This document shows, in pieces, positions 11,768-24,698 of a DNA stretch of 62,997 bases. Position 1 is the stretch's first letter, and every line of letters begins with the position of its first letter. The notes under the pieces are model-generated. The model was not told where the DNA came from. It made no database searches and saw only the letters and a program-made list of their open reading frames with translations. The stretch comes from Octopus bimaculoides. Lineage: Eukaryota. The position numbers were made by a program, and so were the translations under genes. The stretch is taken from assembly GCF_001194135.2 (NCBI RefSeq), contig NC_068989.1, positions 9,823,535 through 9,886,531 on the forward strand. The letters are read 5' to 3'.

Positions 11768-12197
11768 CAAGAATAATCTAATGCTAAATAGACAAGGCAA
11801 AAAAATATTCAGTGTCTTTTCCAAGACTACAGTACAGTAACAGTGGTGGTGAAAGACAAACTTAGAGCCTCTGAGCTGACTATATCACACTTTATACACA
11901 GGATCGTTTCAGTTTCTTAAAAGCATGGTAAGACTAAAATATGATCTATAAAATCAGATGCCATTCAACATCCACTGAACAAGACATTAATCTTAATTCC
12001 TATTCCAAACCAGTATGCTACTGTATTGTTTTAAACTCCACTCTGTTAGAAAGATTCAAAATAACAACATTAGAAAATGAATCCTTATTAATATCAAAAC
12101 AGTGATATCACTTAAGGTGACAAAATAGTATCTATTATTTACAATGAGACTTTTCAAGTGAAGCAGTAGCTATCTATTGCAAAACTGTTTAACAAAT

Positions 12198-12367
12198 ACG
12201 CACAGAAATGGCTGTGTGGTTAAGAAGTTCACTTGGCAACCATGTGGTGTTGGGCTTAGCCCCACTGCATAGCACCTTCGGTAAATGTCTTCTACTATAG
12301 GCCCCAAGTAGATCAATGCTTTGTGAGTGAGTTTGTTGGTTGAAAACTGTGTGGAAGCCCATCATAT

Positions 12368-12415
<48 letters not shown>

Positions 12416-12447
12416 TTCTACGTAAGCGACGGAGTGCCAACAACAAC

Positions 12448-12487
<40 letters not shown>

Positions 12488-12515
12488 ATATATGTATATA
12501 TGTATATATATATAT

Positions 12516-12558
<43 letters not shown>

Positions 12559-12824
12559 TACACACAAATACATATATGTAACTATATTTGTATAAATGTT
12601 TGTATGTATGTGTATTTATCCAACACCTCTTAACAACCAGTGATGATTCACTGATATCCTTATAGCTTAGTAGTTGTGCAAAAGAGACTGCCAGAAATAA
12701 GTACCAAACTTATTTTAACAAAAAGAAAAAAAAAAAAATTGTATTGGGGATTGATTTGTTCCACTAAACCTTTCAATGCAGTGCTCCAGCATGGCCACAG
12801 TCTAACAGCCGAAATGAGTAAAAG
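12198..12824 (+). mobile_element. Family B SINE with an expanded central microsatellite
   Basis: 5' half at 12198-12365, (CA)/(TA)/(TG) block to about 12615, 3' half ending catggccacagtc...agtaaaag. Confidence 0.85.
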
Positions 12825-13256
12825 CCTCAACTAGCAAAAACACTTGAGGTAACTGGTTACATGTTTCAACATGACATTCCAACAAGTGACAGTGAAATGC
12901 CAATCCAGTCGCATTCATAACATGTGGAGTGCCCTTTGACTAATTCAGCTCTAGTCGGTGTGGGGGCAATTAATTTTACATTCATAAATTAGGGCAGTGA
13001 ATATAGGTATATAGGTAGCCTAGGTAACAAACATAGAGCTACATGAAATACATTACTGCATTTGCATCTCTGGAATATTTCTGTTACTCTTGGTTCTGAA
13101 GCCAAACCATAGCAGCATCGACTTTGCTTTCATCTTTCTAGGAGTTTGATAAAATAAGCACCAATAATATGTCAGAGATGGAGAACGCATTAAAGTCAAT
13201 ATCAGACTTCCCTAAAAATATTGACATTGTGCCTTGTCAAAAGAAATACCCATTAC

Positions 13257-13292
13257 GGTAATTCTTAATAAAACATCCGCAGGAGAAACATT
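13257..13292 (-). CDS. Weak candidate 36-nt exon (NVSPADVLLRIT, or CFSCGCFIKNY in another frame)
   Basis: atgctttgtctgcAG acceptor with about 40 nt free of AG and a GTAATG donor; two frames are open. Confidence 0.25.
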
Positions 13293-13775
13293 CTGCAGAC
13301 AAAGCATAATGTTTGCCCATTATTTAATAAAAGCTAAAAACGGATAAAGACTCTTGGTAAAAATAAAGGTGTGTGATTAACGATTTTCAATTGGGCAAAA
13401 ATTATTTTAATGGAGTGGTACAGTCAATTAGATTAGGTCCTGGTACTTATTTTATTGATCTCACTACATCGTTGCTATTATTTCAGCAACTTCAAACTAC
13501 AGAGTGTTGGGAAACATCTATACTGATGTTCTCGTGCTTTGACCATCTGTTCTGTTGCAACGAGTTATAACAATAATAATAACAACTATAATAGCAACAT
13601 GAACAATAATAAAATAATAAAAGTGTTCCCATGATTTCAAATGGAATCCAATGGTAGAAATTGGATTGTATTGAGAACAAGCAGCGGGGTATACATTTTC
13701 TGCGTGTTTATATGGAACAAATCAATCAGGAGTTTTAGTCGGCTGTGTTTCACATCGACTAATCAATACCTACAC

Positions 13776-13807
<32 letters not shown>

Positions 13808-15744
13808 TGTGTGTGTGTGTTGTGTGTGTGTGAGTGCATTTGCATGCACGCGTTGTGCATGCATGCTAAGCACTTTTACATGCAATGAATGAATTCAGAT
13901 ATCTAACTAGATTTAAGAAATAAATATTTTGCTTGCTTTCTTTCTTTGTTTTGTGAACCAGGTGAGCACGTTAGTGTCAGAATACAAAGCTGGGCAACAG
14001 TAATTAACTGTTGATCATATACGGACACAATTAACAAAGGGACGTGGAAGATTTCAGGTGAAATTTAGAAGCCAAATACAAACGGTGCAACTAGAAAATA
14101 CATTGTCAAATATTATACAGGTTGCGTGTTTTCAGAGATGGATTTGCAGAAGATAATCAGAATATCCTTCACCTGAAACAAACCCCTTAATTTATCTCCA
14201 AACTAACAGGGGATGGTGGAGATGAGAACCTAAGCAAAACAATCCATTTGAGATATTGTGTATGTGACAGAAAGTCAGATTTCATACTTCATCAAAAAGA
14301 TATATGTACACACACAAACACACACACACACACACAAAAGCAATCATATAGAGCCTTTATTTTTCTGGTATATATTTTCTACAAAAACATCTGGGTCCAA
14401 TGAAATAAGTACCAGTAAGATACTAATGGCAATTCAGTCAAACGTCCCTTTCTATAAACATGTTCTCTGCCAACTTAAAAGGGATTCCAAAGGCCATCCA
14501 CAACCACCCCCACCTGTACAGCAAACCAATTCCACATTTCTTGGTGATGGAGATGGGAATTGAAACTGACAATTTGGTTGTCTTTTGTAACATCTCACAT
14601 GTAGGAGACAAGTGACAGAAGAGGAGATATCAGCCACTAATCAACATTGAACCCAGATCAATAATGCTCTCGAGAGGTCAATACTTCATCCCATAATGCA
14701 CCTCTGACACCCTTCTCACTTGATTTTCAGATAAACATGTTAAAAATATTATGCCAAACTTAATGGGGAAATAGCGAAAAGTTATGAATAAATAACAATG
14801 TTATTGTAACAAGCAATCAATGACAAAAATAGCTACTGTAATTAAGAAAGCTATTGAAAGGTACTGATATGTGTGTAGGCTGGGAATAGCAGGGTAGAAG
14901 CAATCATTGTCTGTTTATTTTTAACAACTGGGAGATTTTGCATTTTTATGGAAATATGCTAGTTTTCGCATGGACACAACAATGATTTTCAGTTTTAATG
15001 ATACAATAATGGCAGATAGCAGCCAGCCACCAGCAGACTGCTGTCGTTGCTTCAACTGCCGAAAATTGACAGCTTTACTCAACTATGCAATGGGACTTAC
15101 AGCTTCTTCAGAAGTATTACGATGTTTAACATTTTCAATAACTTTGGGTATTCTTTATATCAAACTGAATCACTAAATCTAAGTTGAAACTACCACAGAT
15201 GCTGCTACAGAACACTTAAATGGTAGTAATACCTCAGTGGAATACGGAATACATTTGGTTTTTCAGTAGACCTAATCCTATTGATTTTTATCCTATGTAC
15301 TTCAAGTATTACCGCCTGTAATAAGAGTAAAGCAATTTTTGTTCAGCAAAGAAGTGATATAGCAAAAAAGAAAAGAAAAAAAATGGGTGGGGATATTACA
15401 AAAAAAAAAACCAACAAAGAATGGCATTTGTGAGTCAATAGTATGTTTTTGGTGGATGGCGCCAATGGGTTTAGCTCTTAATAGCAATTGCTTCACATTT
15501 TTCAGGATTCTCACAACTTCCTACTTCATTTCCCCAAAAGTGTAATAAGGTCTTCAGATCTAATGCAGAAGAAAAATTATCTTTATGTAATTTAAGTAAA
15601 ATTCTTACTAAAACGTATCCACCTTCAGTAGTGGCCCAGCCATTTTGCTTAGAATAACACTAAGTGATGCAGGAAAACAATTATTAAAACGTACTTGTGT
15701 TAAAAAGCAGAGATTTGGAATGGAGACTGGTTCTTATTTTTTTT

Positions 15745-16104
15745 CTTTTACTTGTTTCAGTCATTTGACTGCGGCCATGCTGGATCACCACCTTTAGTCA
15801 AACAAATCAATCCCAGGACTTATTCTTTGTAAGCCTAGTATTTATTCTATCGATCTCTTTTTGCCGACCCGCTAAGTGATGGTGGGGGGAACAAACACTG
15901 ACACAAATAACAAATACATACATACATACATATATATACACGACAGGCTTCTTTCAGTTTCTGCCTACCAAATCCACTCACAAGGCTTTGGTTGGCCCAA
16001 AGCCATAGTAGAAGACACTTGCCCAAGGTGCCATGCAGTAGGACTGAAACCAGAACCATGTGGTTGGGAAGCAAGCTTCTTACCACACAGCCACTCCTGC
16101 ACCT
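15745..16104 (-). mobile_element. Family B SINE, near full length
   Basis: Both halves present; the head reads aggtgcaggagtggctgtgtggtaagaagc on the minus strand. Confidence 0.9.
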
Positions 16105-16129
16105 ATATTTATAATTACCTAATTTTTGC

Positions 16130-16329
16130 AAATTTTGATACAAGGCCAGCTATTTTGGGGGAAGAGTAAGTTAATTATATCGACCCCAGTACTCAACTGG
16201 TACTTATTTTATCAACCCCCAAAAGAATGTAAGGCTAAGTTGACTTTGGCGGGATTTGAACTCAGAGCTAAAAGAAATGCTGCTAAGTATTTCGTTTGAT
16301 ATGCTAATGACTTTGGCAGCTCACCACCT
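16130..16329 (-). mobile_element. Family A SINE
   Basis: Reverse complement of tggcagagct...gagttcaaatcccgcc...gtaccagttgagtactggggtcgat. Confidence 0.85.
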
Positions 16330-18251
16330 TTGTATACCTAAATCACGATGCCAAAATCTAGCATAAAGTCTTTGATTTATAAGCTGGGAAGGTTGGAGCG
16401 TTGTTACTCATGTAACTTTCTCAAGAATTTTAGTATTAAAAAAATACAAAATATCATGGTATTGTGAATATACTGATCAAAATGTCAGCAATCATGACAC
16501 AAATGACGCTTTCAAAAGATGTAAATTTTGTGATACACAGCCGAGTTTTATAGTATCCAAGAAATAATAATAATTCATAGATCTAGCTAATTTTCAAACT
16601 ATTCTAAACACCAACTCTTAACTACAGACATTATCAAATGTGAGAATAATCTAAGAATCCAAGAATAAAAATAAAAGCAAAATGTAATGGACCATGATAT
16701 CCTATTTTTACCATTTTTCGTTTTTTTATGCCTATTGTCTCCAGTTAGCATTCACTATTGACTGAAGTAATTAGAAAATACTTTATCTTACAACAACATC
16801 GTTTTTTTTGTAGTAAGGTTTCAACTCATGACAGCATAGTTACCAACCAGCTCAACACATTAAAGTACAAAACCATTTAGCTTCATGGCATGAATTTCCC
16901 CACAAAGAAAATTGATATTTAGTATCAAGACTTGTGAGATGTTGATACAGTAGAAGCCTAATTGATTAATATTTGAAATGCAACAACAAAGAAAAAAATG
17001 AATATCATCAAAAGTTGAAGATGTCTATTCTACTATAGAATACATTACTTGGCTTACTTAAAAAAAAAAATCACTTTAACAACTTTGTAACTAACATAAT
17101 ATATTCACAAAACAATATATGTGAAAATGAAACAAACACAATACATTTCATGGGGGGGGGGGGTCTTAAAAATAATAATGCCAGCATAGGATTTCTCCTT
17201 CTCCTTCACACCGGATCTAAATTCAATTTCAGGTTGGAAATGCTGATGAAAGTTTTAATGACTGAATGATGTTAAGTTAACAAAGATCATTCACAGGAAA
17301 CTAATAGATGAGAATTTTGTAGTAAAAACATGAAGTTTCACAGTATAGGTAGTTAGTATTGTATGGATGGGCAGCAATTCTAGTGCTGGTAAGACAATAG
17401 ATCGACATAACAATACAGCAGATTGAAAACTCATTATCTTCAGCACAGGGAGCTTGAAGAGAAAACCTCGCAAGCAAAAACAAAGAAAGATAACTAAATG
17501 AATAAATGAACAAATAACGCGTGTTTAAGGTTATAGAAAACTAACAAAAGCTCTATTAACTCTTTTGATAACAATCCATGCGAGACCTCCCCCAGTTCAG
17601 TGAAACAAAACTGGCTGTTTTGATGTGTTTGTATTTAAGTTTAAGCTTTCTATCGTAATTTTATGAAAGGAACCTTTTTGTTAAGTTATGTTCCAAACGC
17701 CGGCTTAATAACAACAAGGAAGTTCAGTTATTTTGCTTAAATCCTTCCAAATTGTTGATTATTTTACGAGACAATATGCTCATAAAAGACAGCAACATCC
17801 TCTTTGAAAGATCGCTTATCTAGCTGGTAAAAACCAAAGTTAATTTCACTAATATTGATTTCTTACTTTGGTACAAGACCGCAATTTTGAAAAGGAAGGG
17901 GAAGGGGTTACAGTATGTGAATTACAGTCAATTGAATCGATTTCTGTAAATGGTTGGTACTTACTTTATCAACTCCCAGCAGTATTGAACACAAAATACA
18001 ACAAAGCTTTTCGTTTAGGCCTCCACTATTTCTTCCATCTCACTACCCACTATTTTATCCAATACTACGTAACATAGAACCAGCTCTTACATTAAGACGC
18101 TACCAGTAAAAGATAAAAATGGATTTGTTTTTAAACAGATCTCCTTCCTTTAGTAGCGATACGTAAACCTTCTGCAGTTTAAAATCAAACAAGAAATCAA
18201 GTAAACATTAATTTATTTAAAAATAAAAGTAAAAAAAAAAAAGCTGTATGA

Positions 18252-18292
<41 letters not shown>

Positions 18293-18304
18293 TATACACA
18301 CGTG

Positions 18305-18343
<39 letters not shown>

Positions 18344-18602
18344 ATGTATGTATACATGTACACATACATACTATATACATACATACATATGAAATTTTTC
18401 CTGAAGAGAAAAAAAAGTTGTACCTCAAATCCACTAGAAGATTACAGGGAAAAAGATGAAGTTTAATTGATTGAAGTTCGTTACTCATTAAATTAGGTTA
18501 ATTAAGTTGAAAAGAGTGTTCAGGCTCGGAATTGAAAAGAGATACAGGTTTAAAGAACAAGACTAGGTGTTTAATTCATATTGCTTTAATGTCGATACTT
18601 CT

Positions 18603-18654
<52 letters not shown>

Positions 18655-19087
18655 GTATGTAAATGAGTGTTTGTGTGTTTTCTCTTTGAAAGAAACAATT
18701 CATTTCAGGTCTTATCTATGCTATGATAAATATTAGGTAGTGCAAAGAATGAAATAAGAATTAAAAAAACTGCAGAGTAGATAAAAACACAAGTGTTTTA
18801 TTTGATTCGCTGTTTTTTAAAGAGTTGGGGAAGATGAGAAGGAGAATCTTCTTTTGAACAAAAAAAAAAAAACAACAACAAGACATGACTGTTTCTGCAT
18901 ATATGTAAACAAAAAAATACATAACTATCAAACCCCCTCCTCCAGCATCTTTTCTTTTCCTATTCAGTCATGTCTTGTTCTAGAAATATGAAAAACGAAT
19001 GTAAAGTGATTTCCAATTCAGCTTTTGTGATTGAGCCATATCAACAAGCTGTAAGATTTACTTACTGTAGTTTCAAATACAGACAGA

Positions 19088-19266
19088 TAGCCTAAAATTT
19101 GGGGGAGCAGGGTTAGTCACTTACATCGCCTAGTGCTTGACATGTACTATCAAACCCAGGAAGAAAGAAAAATTAAAGTTAACCTCAAAGGGATTTGAAC
19201 TCAGAATGTAAAGAGTCAGAACAAATATTGCAAAGCAGTTTTCCAATGCTTTGCCAACACACCACC
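19088..19266 (-). mobile_element. Degenerate family A SINE
   Basis: gatttgaactcagaatgtaaag and ttgccaacacaccacc match other family A copies. Confidence 0.7.
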
Positions 19267-19404
19267 AGTGTAAAAGACAATACTACTTTGATTTTTCGTG
19301 TCTATTTTCTTCCTCTTTTATTTTTATTTTTTTGTGAAAGAGGGAGCTTTCTCAAACTTCTAAGGACATGTAAAAGTTGTGCAATTCATGCATCCCGCCC
19401 CCAT

Positions 19405-19800
19405 GAAATCATCATCATCGTCATCATCATGTAATGTCCGTTGTCCATGCTGGCATGGGTTGGACGGTTTGACTGGGCTGGCACACTGGAAGGCTGTGCC
19501 AGGCTCCAGTCCGATTTGGCACGGTTTTCTATGGCTGGATGCCCTTCCTAACGCCAACCACTCCGAGAGTGTAATGGGTGCTTTTATGTGCCACCGGTAC
19601 AGGTGCCATTTGCGTGGCACCGGTATCCATCACATCTGCGATTTTGCTCGGCTTCATGGGTCTTCTTCTCAAGCACACAACATAATGCCAAAAGTCTTTG
19701 TCATAGCCTCATGAGGCCCAACACTCAGAAGGAGCTCAGCCACTTTGCCTCCATGAGGCTCAACATTCGAAAGGAACTCAGTCACCTCACCTCCGTGAGG
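19405..19800 (-). mobile_element. Family C repeat (GGATGCCCTTCCTAACGCCAACC motif, (GAT)n tail)
   Basis: The (ATC)n run followed by tccatgctggcatgggttggacgg...ggatgcccttcctaacgccaacc is shared with 62535-62668 and, inverted, with 60505-60722. Confidence 0.8.
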
Positions 19801-19984
19801 CCTGTAAAACATGAATAACAATTGCAACAAGAACTCATTTTCTGCCTCCAAACCTTTTCCAATTTATGTAAAAACATTGATTTCAAATTTTAGTACAAGG
19901 CCAGCAACTTTGGGGACATGAGTAAGTTGATTACATCAATGCCAGAGCTCAATTGGTACTCATTTTATCAACCCTGGAAGGATT

Positions 19985-20242
19985 TGAACCCAGGAAAGGC
20001 ATCCAGCAGTAGAAACCATGCCAAAATAGACAGTGGAACCTGGTGCTTTTCCTGACCTTGCCAGCTCCTGTCAAACCATCTAAGCCAGTAGTTCTCAAAC
20101 TTTTTCAGGCTGCTGCCCCCTTGGCACCCAGGCCACATTCCTATCGCCCGCTCCCCCTCCCCACCACAAATATAGACCACTTTCTGCAGTAAATTCAAAA
20201 CAACCATATTTCACAAATAAAACTTAAACCTAATTAACCAAT

Positions 20243-20285
<43 letters not shown>

Positions 20286-20432
20286 TTACATTTATCACAC
20301 CATTTTGGCCACCCCATTATCATCCCACTTTTCTTCAATGCACCCTGGATCTTTCCACTGCTCCTATGAGGGAAGTTACTGCCCACTTTGGGAACCACTG
20401 ATCCAAGCCATGCCAGAATGGAAAACAGACAT

Positions 20433-20464
<32 letters not shown>

Positions 20465-20470
20465 GATGAA
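19985..20470 (+). mobile_element. Family C 3' part, split by a hAT-like MITE
   Basis: aggaaaggcatccagc...tcaaaccatc resumes after 20400 as caagccatgccag..atggaaaacagac followed by (GAT)n. Confidence 0.75.
20086..20400. mobile_element. hAT (Charlie-like) MITE
   Basis: TIRs cagtagttctcaaa / tttgggaaccactg; 8-bp flanking direct repeat atctaagc / atccaagc (7 of 8 match). Confidence 0.8.
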
Positions 20471-20960
20471 CATAAAAACAGATGAAATGCTGCTAAGCAT
20501 TTTGTCCAGGTGCTAACGATTCAGCCAACTCACCACCTTAATTTACAGAAAAAAATATCACAAGTACTTATTCTAGAAACTCATAAGGAATGAAATGCAA
20601 CAAGAAAAATCAAGCATAGAAATTGTTGAAATGCTGAAAGAGATATTCCATATACTGCTGTATCACGAAAGATCATAGTCATATTTAAGAACCATATGAA
20701 ACCGGTAATGCTGAGCAGGAATCCTATCACGATTTTTTCGGGGGGAGGGGGTCGTTTTTTTTATTTATTTCCCCCCCCCCCTCTGCCTCAGAGTGTTTAG
20801 CCAACTCTACGAACTTCTACCACAAATCTCCATTGCAAACAGTTATGTTTTATGCAAAAAGCAACAAAAGCATACAAATGCAAAAATTTTGTGTGCAATG
20901 TACATATGCATATGAGCAAATATATATATATATATATATATACACATGCATCTCCACAGA

Positions 20961-21030
<70 letters not shown>

Positions 21031-21128
21031 TATATGTATGTACGTATGTATGTGTAGAACGATGGAAAAAGAGACAAAAAGAGAAAGACAGGGAAAAAGA
21101 AAGATTTCTCTTACTCTCAATGACTCAC

Positions 21129-21185
21129 CGATAGAGAACAGAGAGAGTGGTAATTAGATATGGTATGAAGATGTTAATCCAATTA
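21129..21185 (-). CDS. Weak candidate 57-nt exon (NWINIFIPYLITTLSVLY)
   Basis: GTGAGT donor and a single open frame (phase 2-2, hydrophobic); the acceptor ttgtttctaAG is mediocre. Confidence 0.2.
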
Positions 21186-21513
21186 CTTAGAAACAACTAA
21201 ACCCAGTTATCAGATCAGCCACATTCACCACCACCAACACCACCAGTAGCACAAGCACTGCCGCTGCCACCACTTATAATATTACTAAGCATAGAGAGGT
21301 AGGGGAGAACGAGAGGGGTGGGTGGTGAATGAATGACAGAAATTATTAAATTAACAATTAAAATTTCTTCTCTGAAACTAATATTATTTTCTCTAATACT
21401 TAACACTAATTTCTATCCTGATTTTACTAAGCCAGCTCAAAATAAAAGAAACCATAAGAAAAATATACGCTGTGAATTTTATATCATTGAGTGTGGTGGT
21501 GGTGGTGGTGGTG

Positions 21514-21903
21514 NNNNNNNNNNNNNNNNNNNNNNNNNNNNNNNNNNNNNNNNNNNNNNNNNNNNNNNNNNNNNNNNNNNNNNNNNNNNNNNNNNNNNNN
21601 NNNNNNNNNNNNNNNNNNNNNNNNNNNNNNNNNNNNNNNNNNNNNNNNNNNNNNNNNNNNNNNNNNNNNNNNNNNNNNNNNNNNNNNNNNNNNNNNNNNN
21701 NNNNNNNNNNNNNNNNNNNNNNNNNNNNNNNNNNNNNNNNNNNNNNNNNNNNNNNNNNNNNNNNNNNNNNNNNNNNNNNNNNNNNNNNNNNNNNNNNNNN
21801 NNNNNNNNNNNNNNNNNNNNNNNNNNNNNNNNNNNNNNNNNNNNNNNNNNNNNNNNNNNNNNNNNNNNNNNNNNNNNNNNNNNNNNNNNNNNNNNNNNNN
21901 NNN
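21514..21903. other. Assembly gap inside a (GGT)n repeat
   Basis: Run of N. Confidence 1.
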
Positions 21904-22101
21904 TGTGGTTGTGGTGGTGGTGGTGGCGGTGGTTGTGGTGGTGGTGGTGGTGGTGTAATGGTTGACTTTATTATTGAGTTTGTTTATTTGCTTACTGGGT
22001 TTTCAATGGTAAACTTTAGTGAACAGGATGGGAGTAAACGTAAAAGCCAGGTTGTAAATTTATAAATGGAAGCTGAGTATATTATACGGATTAGTGTAAA
22101 A

Positions 22102-22140
<39 letters not shown>

Positions 22141-22695
22141 TGGGAGGCAGAGGTTGATCTCATCAAAACTATTGCCTCAAATAGCATTACCAAGTTGGAT
22201 ATAAAAGCATAAATAATGCCAAGCAGGAAATTGTGGTTATAAACATCAAATATATTATGTACGGAATAATGGGGTAAGGATATATAAATCGAAAGCTGGA
22301 AACTCAACCGAACGCAACCCTGTAGGTAGCATTGCCAAAGAAAAGTTACAACCTCCTTTAATGAGGTGAGATGGATGAGCACCACTCTTGTACCAGCATC
22401 ACCGTCATCACTGGTTTGTAACGATTTGCTTAAGTAGTTTGTAAAAGATCTGTTGAAATCATAAAATGGCTGAAGTCCAATAAGTGTGTCATTTGTTAAT
22501 AGTGGAGCTGACAGATGACATGGAGTGGACTGTAATGTTAGAGTGAAAGAGACTTCAGTCATTTGTAATGTCAAATAAACCAAACATCAGGTGTTATTTG
22601 GATGGGCACAGTTACAATAATAACAACAGTAATGGAAACAACAAAATGAATTCTCAAACTACAAACTAAGGCTTCTGTGTTGAGATGACAACAGT

Positions 22696-22744
<49 letters not shown>

Positions 22745-23192
22745 NNNNNNNNNNGAGAGAGAGAAAGAGAGAGAGAGAAAGAGAGAGAGAGAAAGAGAGA
22801 AAGAGGGACTCAATAAAAATACAGAGTGTAAATAACTGTATACACATAAACAAATATGAATGAAACTATAGACAATTACATATGCAGAGAAATATAATAT
22901 TCTGTATGGAAAATATGAATGCAAAAATATAAATTTAAAAAGAAAAGCAATTTGCATATTCTCAAATTCCTAATAGGAAAAGAAAATGGAATACTTAAAT
23001 AGAATTCTAAATAAAGCCACCACCTTATGTAGTGGTTAAGAAACAATGTCAGATTTTTATTAAAATCAATGTTAAATTTGTTTGTGCCACTTTGGGATAT
23101 GTTTCAAATTGTTTCGAAACACTCGGTTCAATACAACTGCCTTCTATTCTACTCCAATGGCTAATATTTTATTTTTAAAATAGACAAGCAGA

Positions 23193-23227
<35 letters not shown>

Positions 23228-23875
23228 TAATAAATAAACACAATGCACAAGAGGAAATGATGTTTACAATGCTACAAAGATACTGAGGTGCCAATAGAGA
23301 GATTCTTGCTCTTGGTATCACTTAAGGCATTCAAAGTCATTCAAAATTCTAGAGAACTGTGACACCGACTCAACTTCAAGTATCCTCTGCATTGATTGGT
23401 TGATGTGAGAAAAAGGTAAAGTTTTGGAAACTCTGTGTTTCTCAAAATTTGTCTTCATTTTTATTCCTCCTCATTAGTATTCTTATCAGAAATGCTTCCT
23501 GTCTAGTCAAGCATACTCGTAAATTCAGACTATTTCTTTGGCATGGCTTGATATTATATACTTAACTAGGTCACTTTACTCTAATTGTCTTAAGTTTGCC
23601 AAAGTAAAACAAAAAAAAAAAAAATAAATAACGATGGTAATCCACACAGTTAAAGAAAAAAAAGTTTACAAACTATATATATATATATAAAAAAAAAGAG
23701 AATGTCTTTAAACTAACCACAAAACCACCTGAATTTGTAGACGCACGCAACCCATGCTACCATAGAAAAATAAAAGAAAAGCCCCTCCCCTCCAACCACC
23801 CCAAATCCATGCAGTAAAATGAGCTTTGACACAAAATATGTGAATACTTCACAAGCTTTCCACCAACCAACTCAC

Positions 23876-23917
23876 TTCTCCATCTATTTTCATGGCTCCA
23901 CTAATGACTAGAGGTGC
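23876..23917 (-). CDS. Candidate 42-nt symmetric exon (APLVISGAMKIDGE)
   Basis: attctgcAG|gca...gaa|GTGAGT; only frame 0 is open; another AG lies about 14 nt upstream. Confidence 0.3.
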
Positions 23918-24182
23918 CTGCAGAATTATACCCTCATTGCATGATATGTGCCAGTTTAAAGTGGCAAGCAAAATACTCAATTGCTTTTCACCTTTTCCAC
24001 CTGTCACATTAAAGTCACACAACAAACAGGTAGAATGAAAGAGAATCAGAGAGAAAGAGGGTGAGAGAAGTAGAGAATTAGTTATAAGATTGAAGACAAT
24101 TTAATCACACCAAAGAGAACAGCCAGAGATTTTCTAATTTTCTTTTGAATCAACTTACCAGTAAAGCTGTGAAGTAGAGAGA

Positions 24183-24275
24183 CAGAGAGACACAGAGGAG
24201 AGAAAAGAGAGACACAGAGGAGAGAAAAGAGAGACACAGAGGAGAGAAAAGAGAGACACAGAGGAGAGAAAAGAG
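24183..24275. repeat. 22-bp minisatellite (gagagacacagaggagagaaaa) x4, followed by (GA)n
   Basis: Directly visible tandem units. Confidence 0.9.
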
Positions 24276-24280
24276 AGAAA

Positions 24281-24338
<58 letters not shown>

Positions 24339-24678
24339 TAAAAAAAAAAACCAAAACAGCCAAATTATCTCCATTGACTCCACTAATCTACGATGATAAA
24401 GTAAAAGGCAATGTTCCTGCAACATCAATCAATAAAAACTGGGCAGCGCCAAATGGGATTTGTTACGGCAACAATAATAATACTTTGTGATGTGTTCTTA
24501 ACATCAAGAAAAGAATGGGAAAACTATTTCAATTTCAAAGATACATGCAAGAATCTTTGCTAATTATTATCTACAAAGTTAATTGGTTAATCCTCGACTG
24601 TTCTTCTGAAAAGATCTGTAGATATACGAAATGAGTGCAGTTAAAATTGACAACTCGTAAAATACAAACAGCTCCTAC

Positions 24679-24698
24679 CTGTTAACTATAAACACCAA
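24679..24698 (-). CDS. Weak candidate 20-nt microexon (LVFIVN + AG)
   Basis: tttgctgaattctgtctAG|...cag|GTAGGA; only one frame is open. Confidence 0.25.

Noticed and set aside
18082-18090. Possible 9-nt minus-strand microexon (RLN)
   Set aside because: Too short to distinguish from chance without reads.
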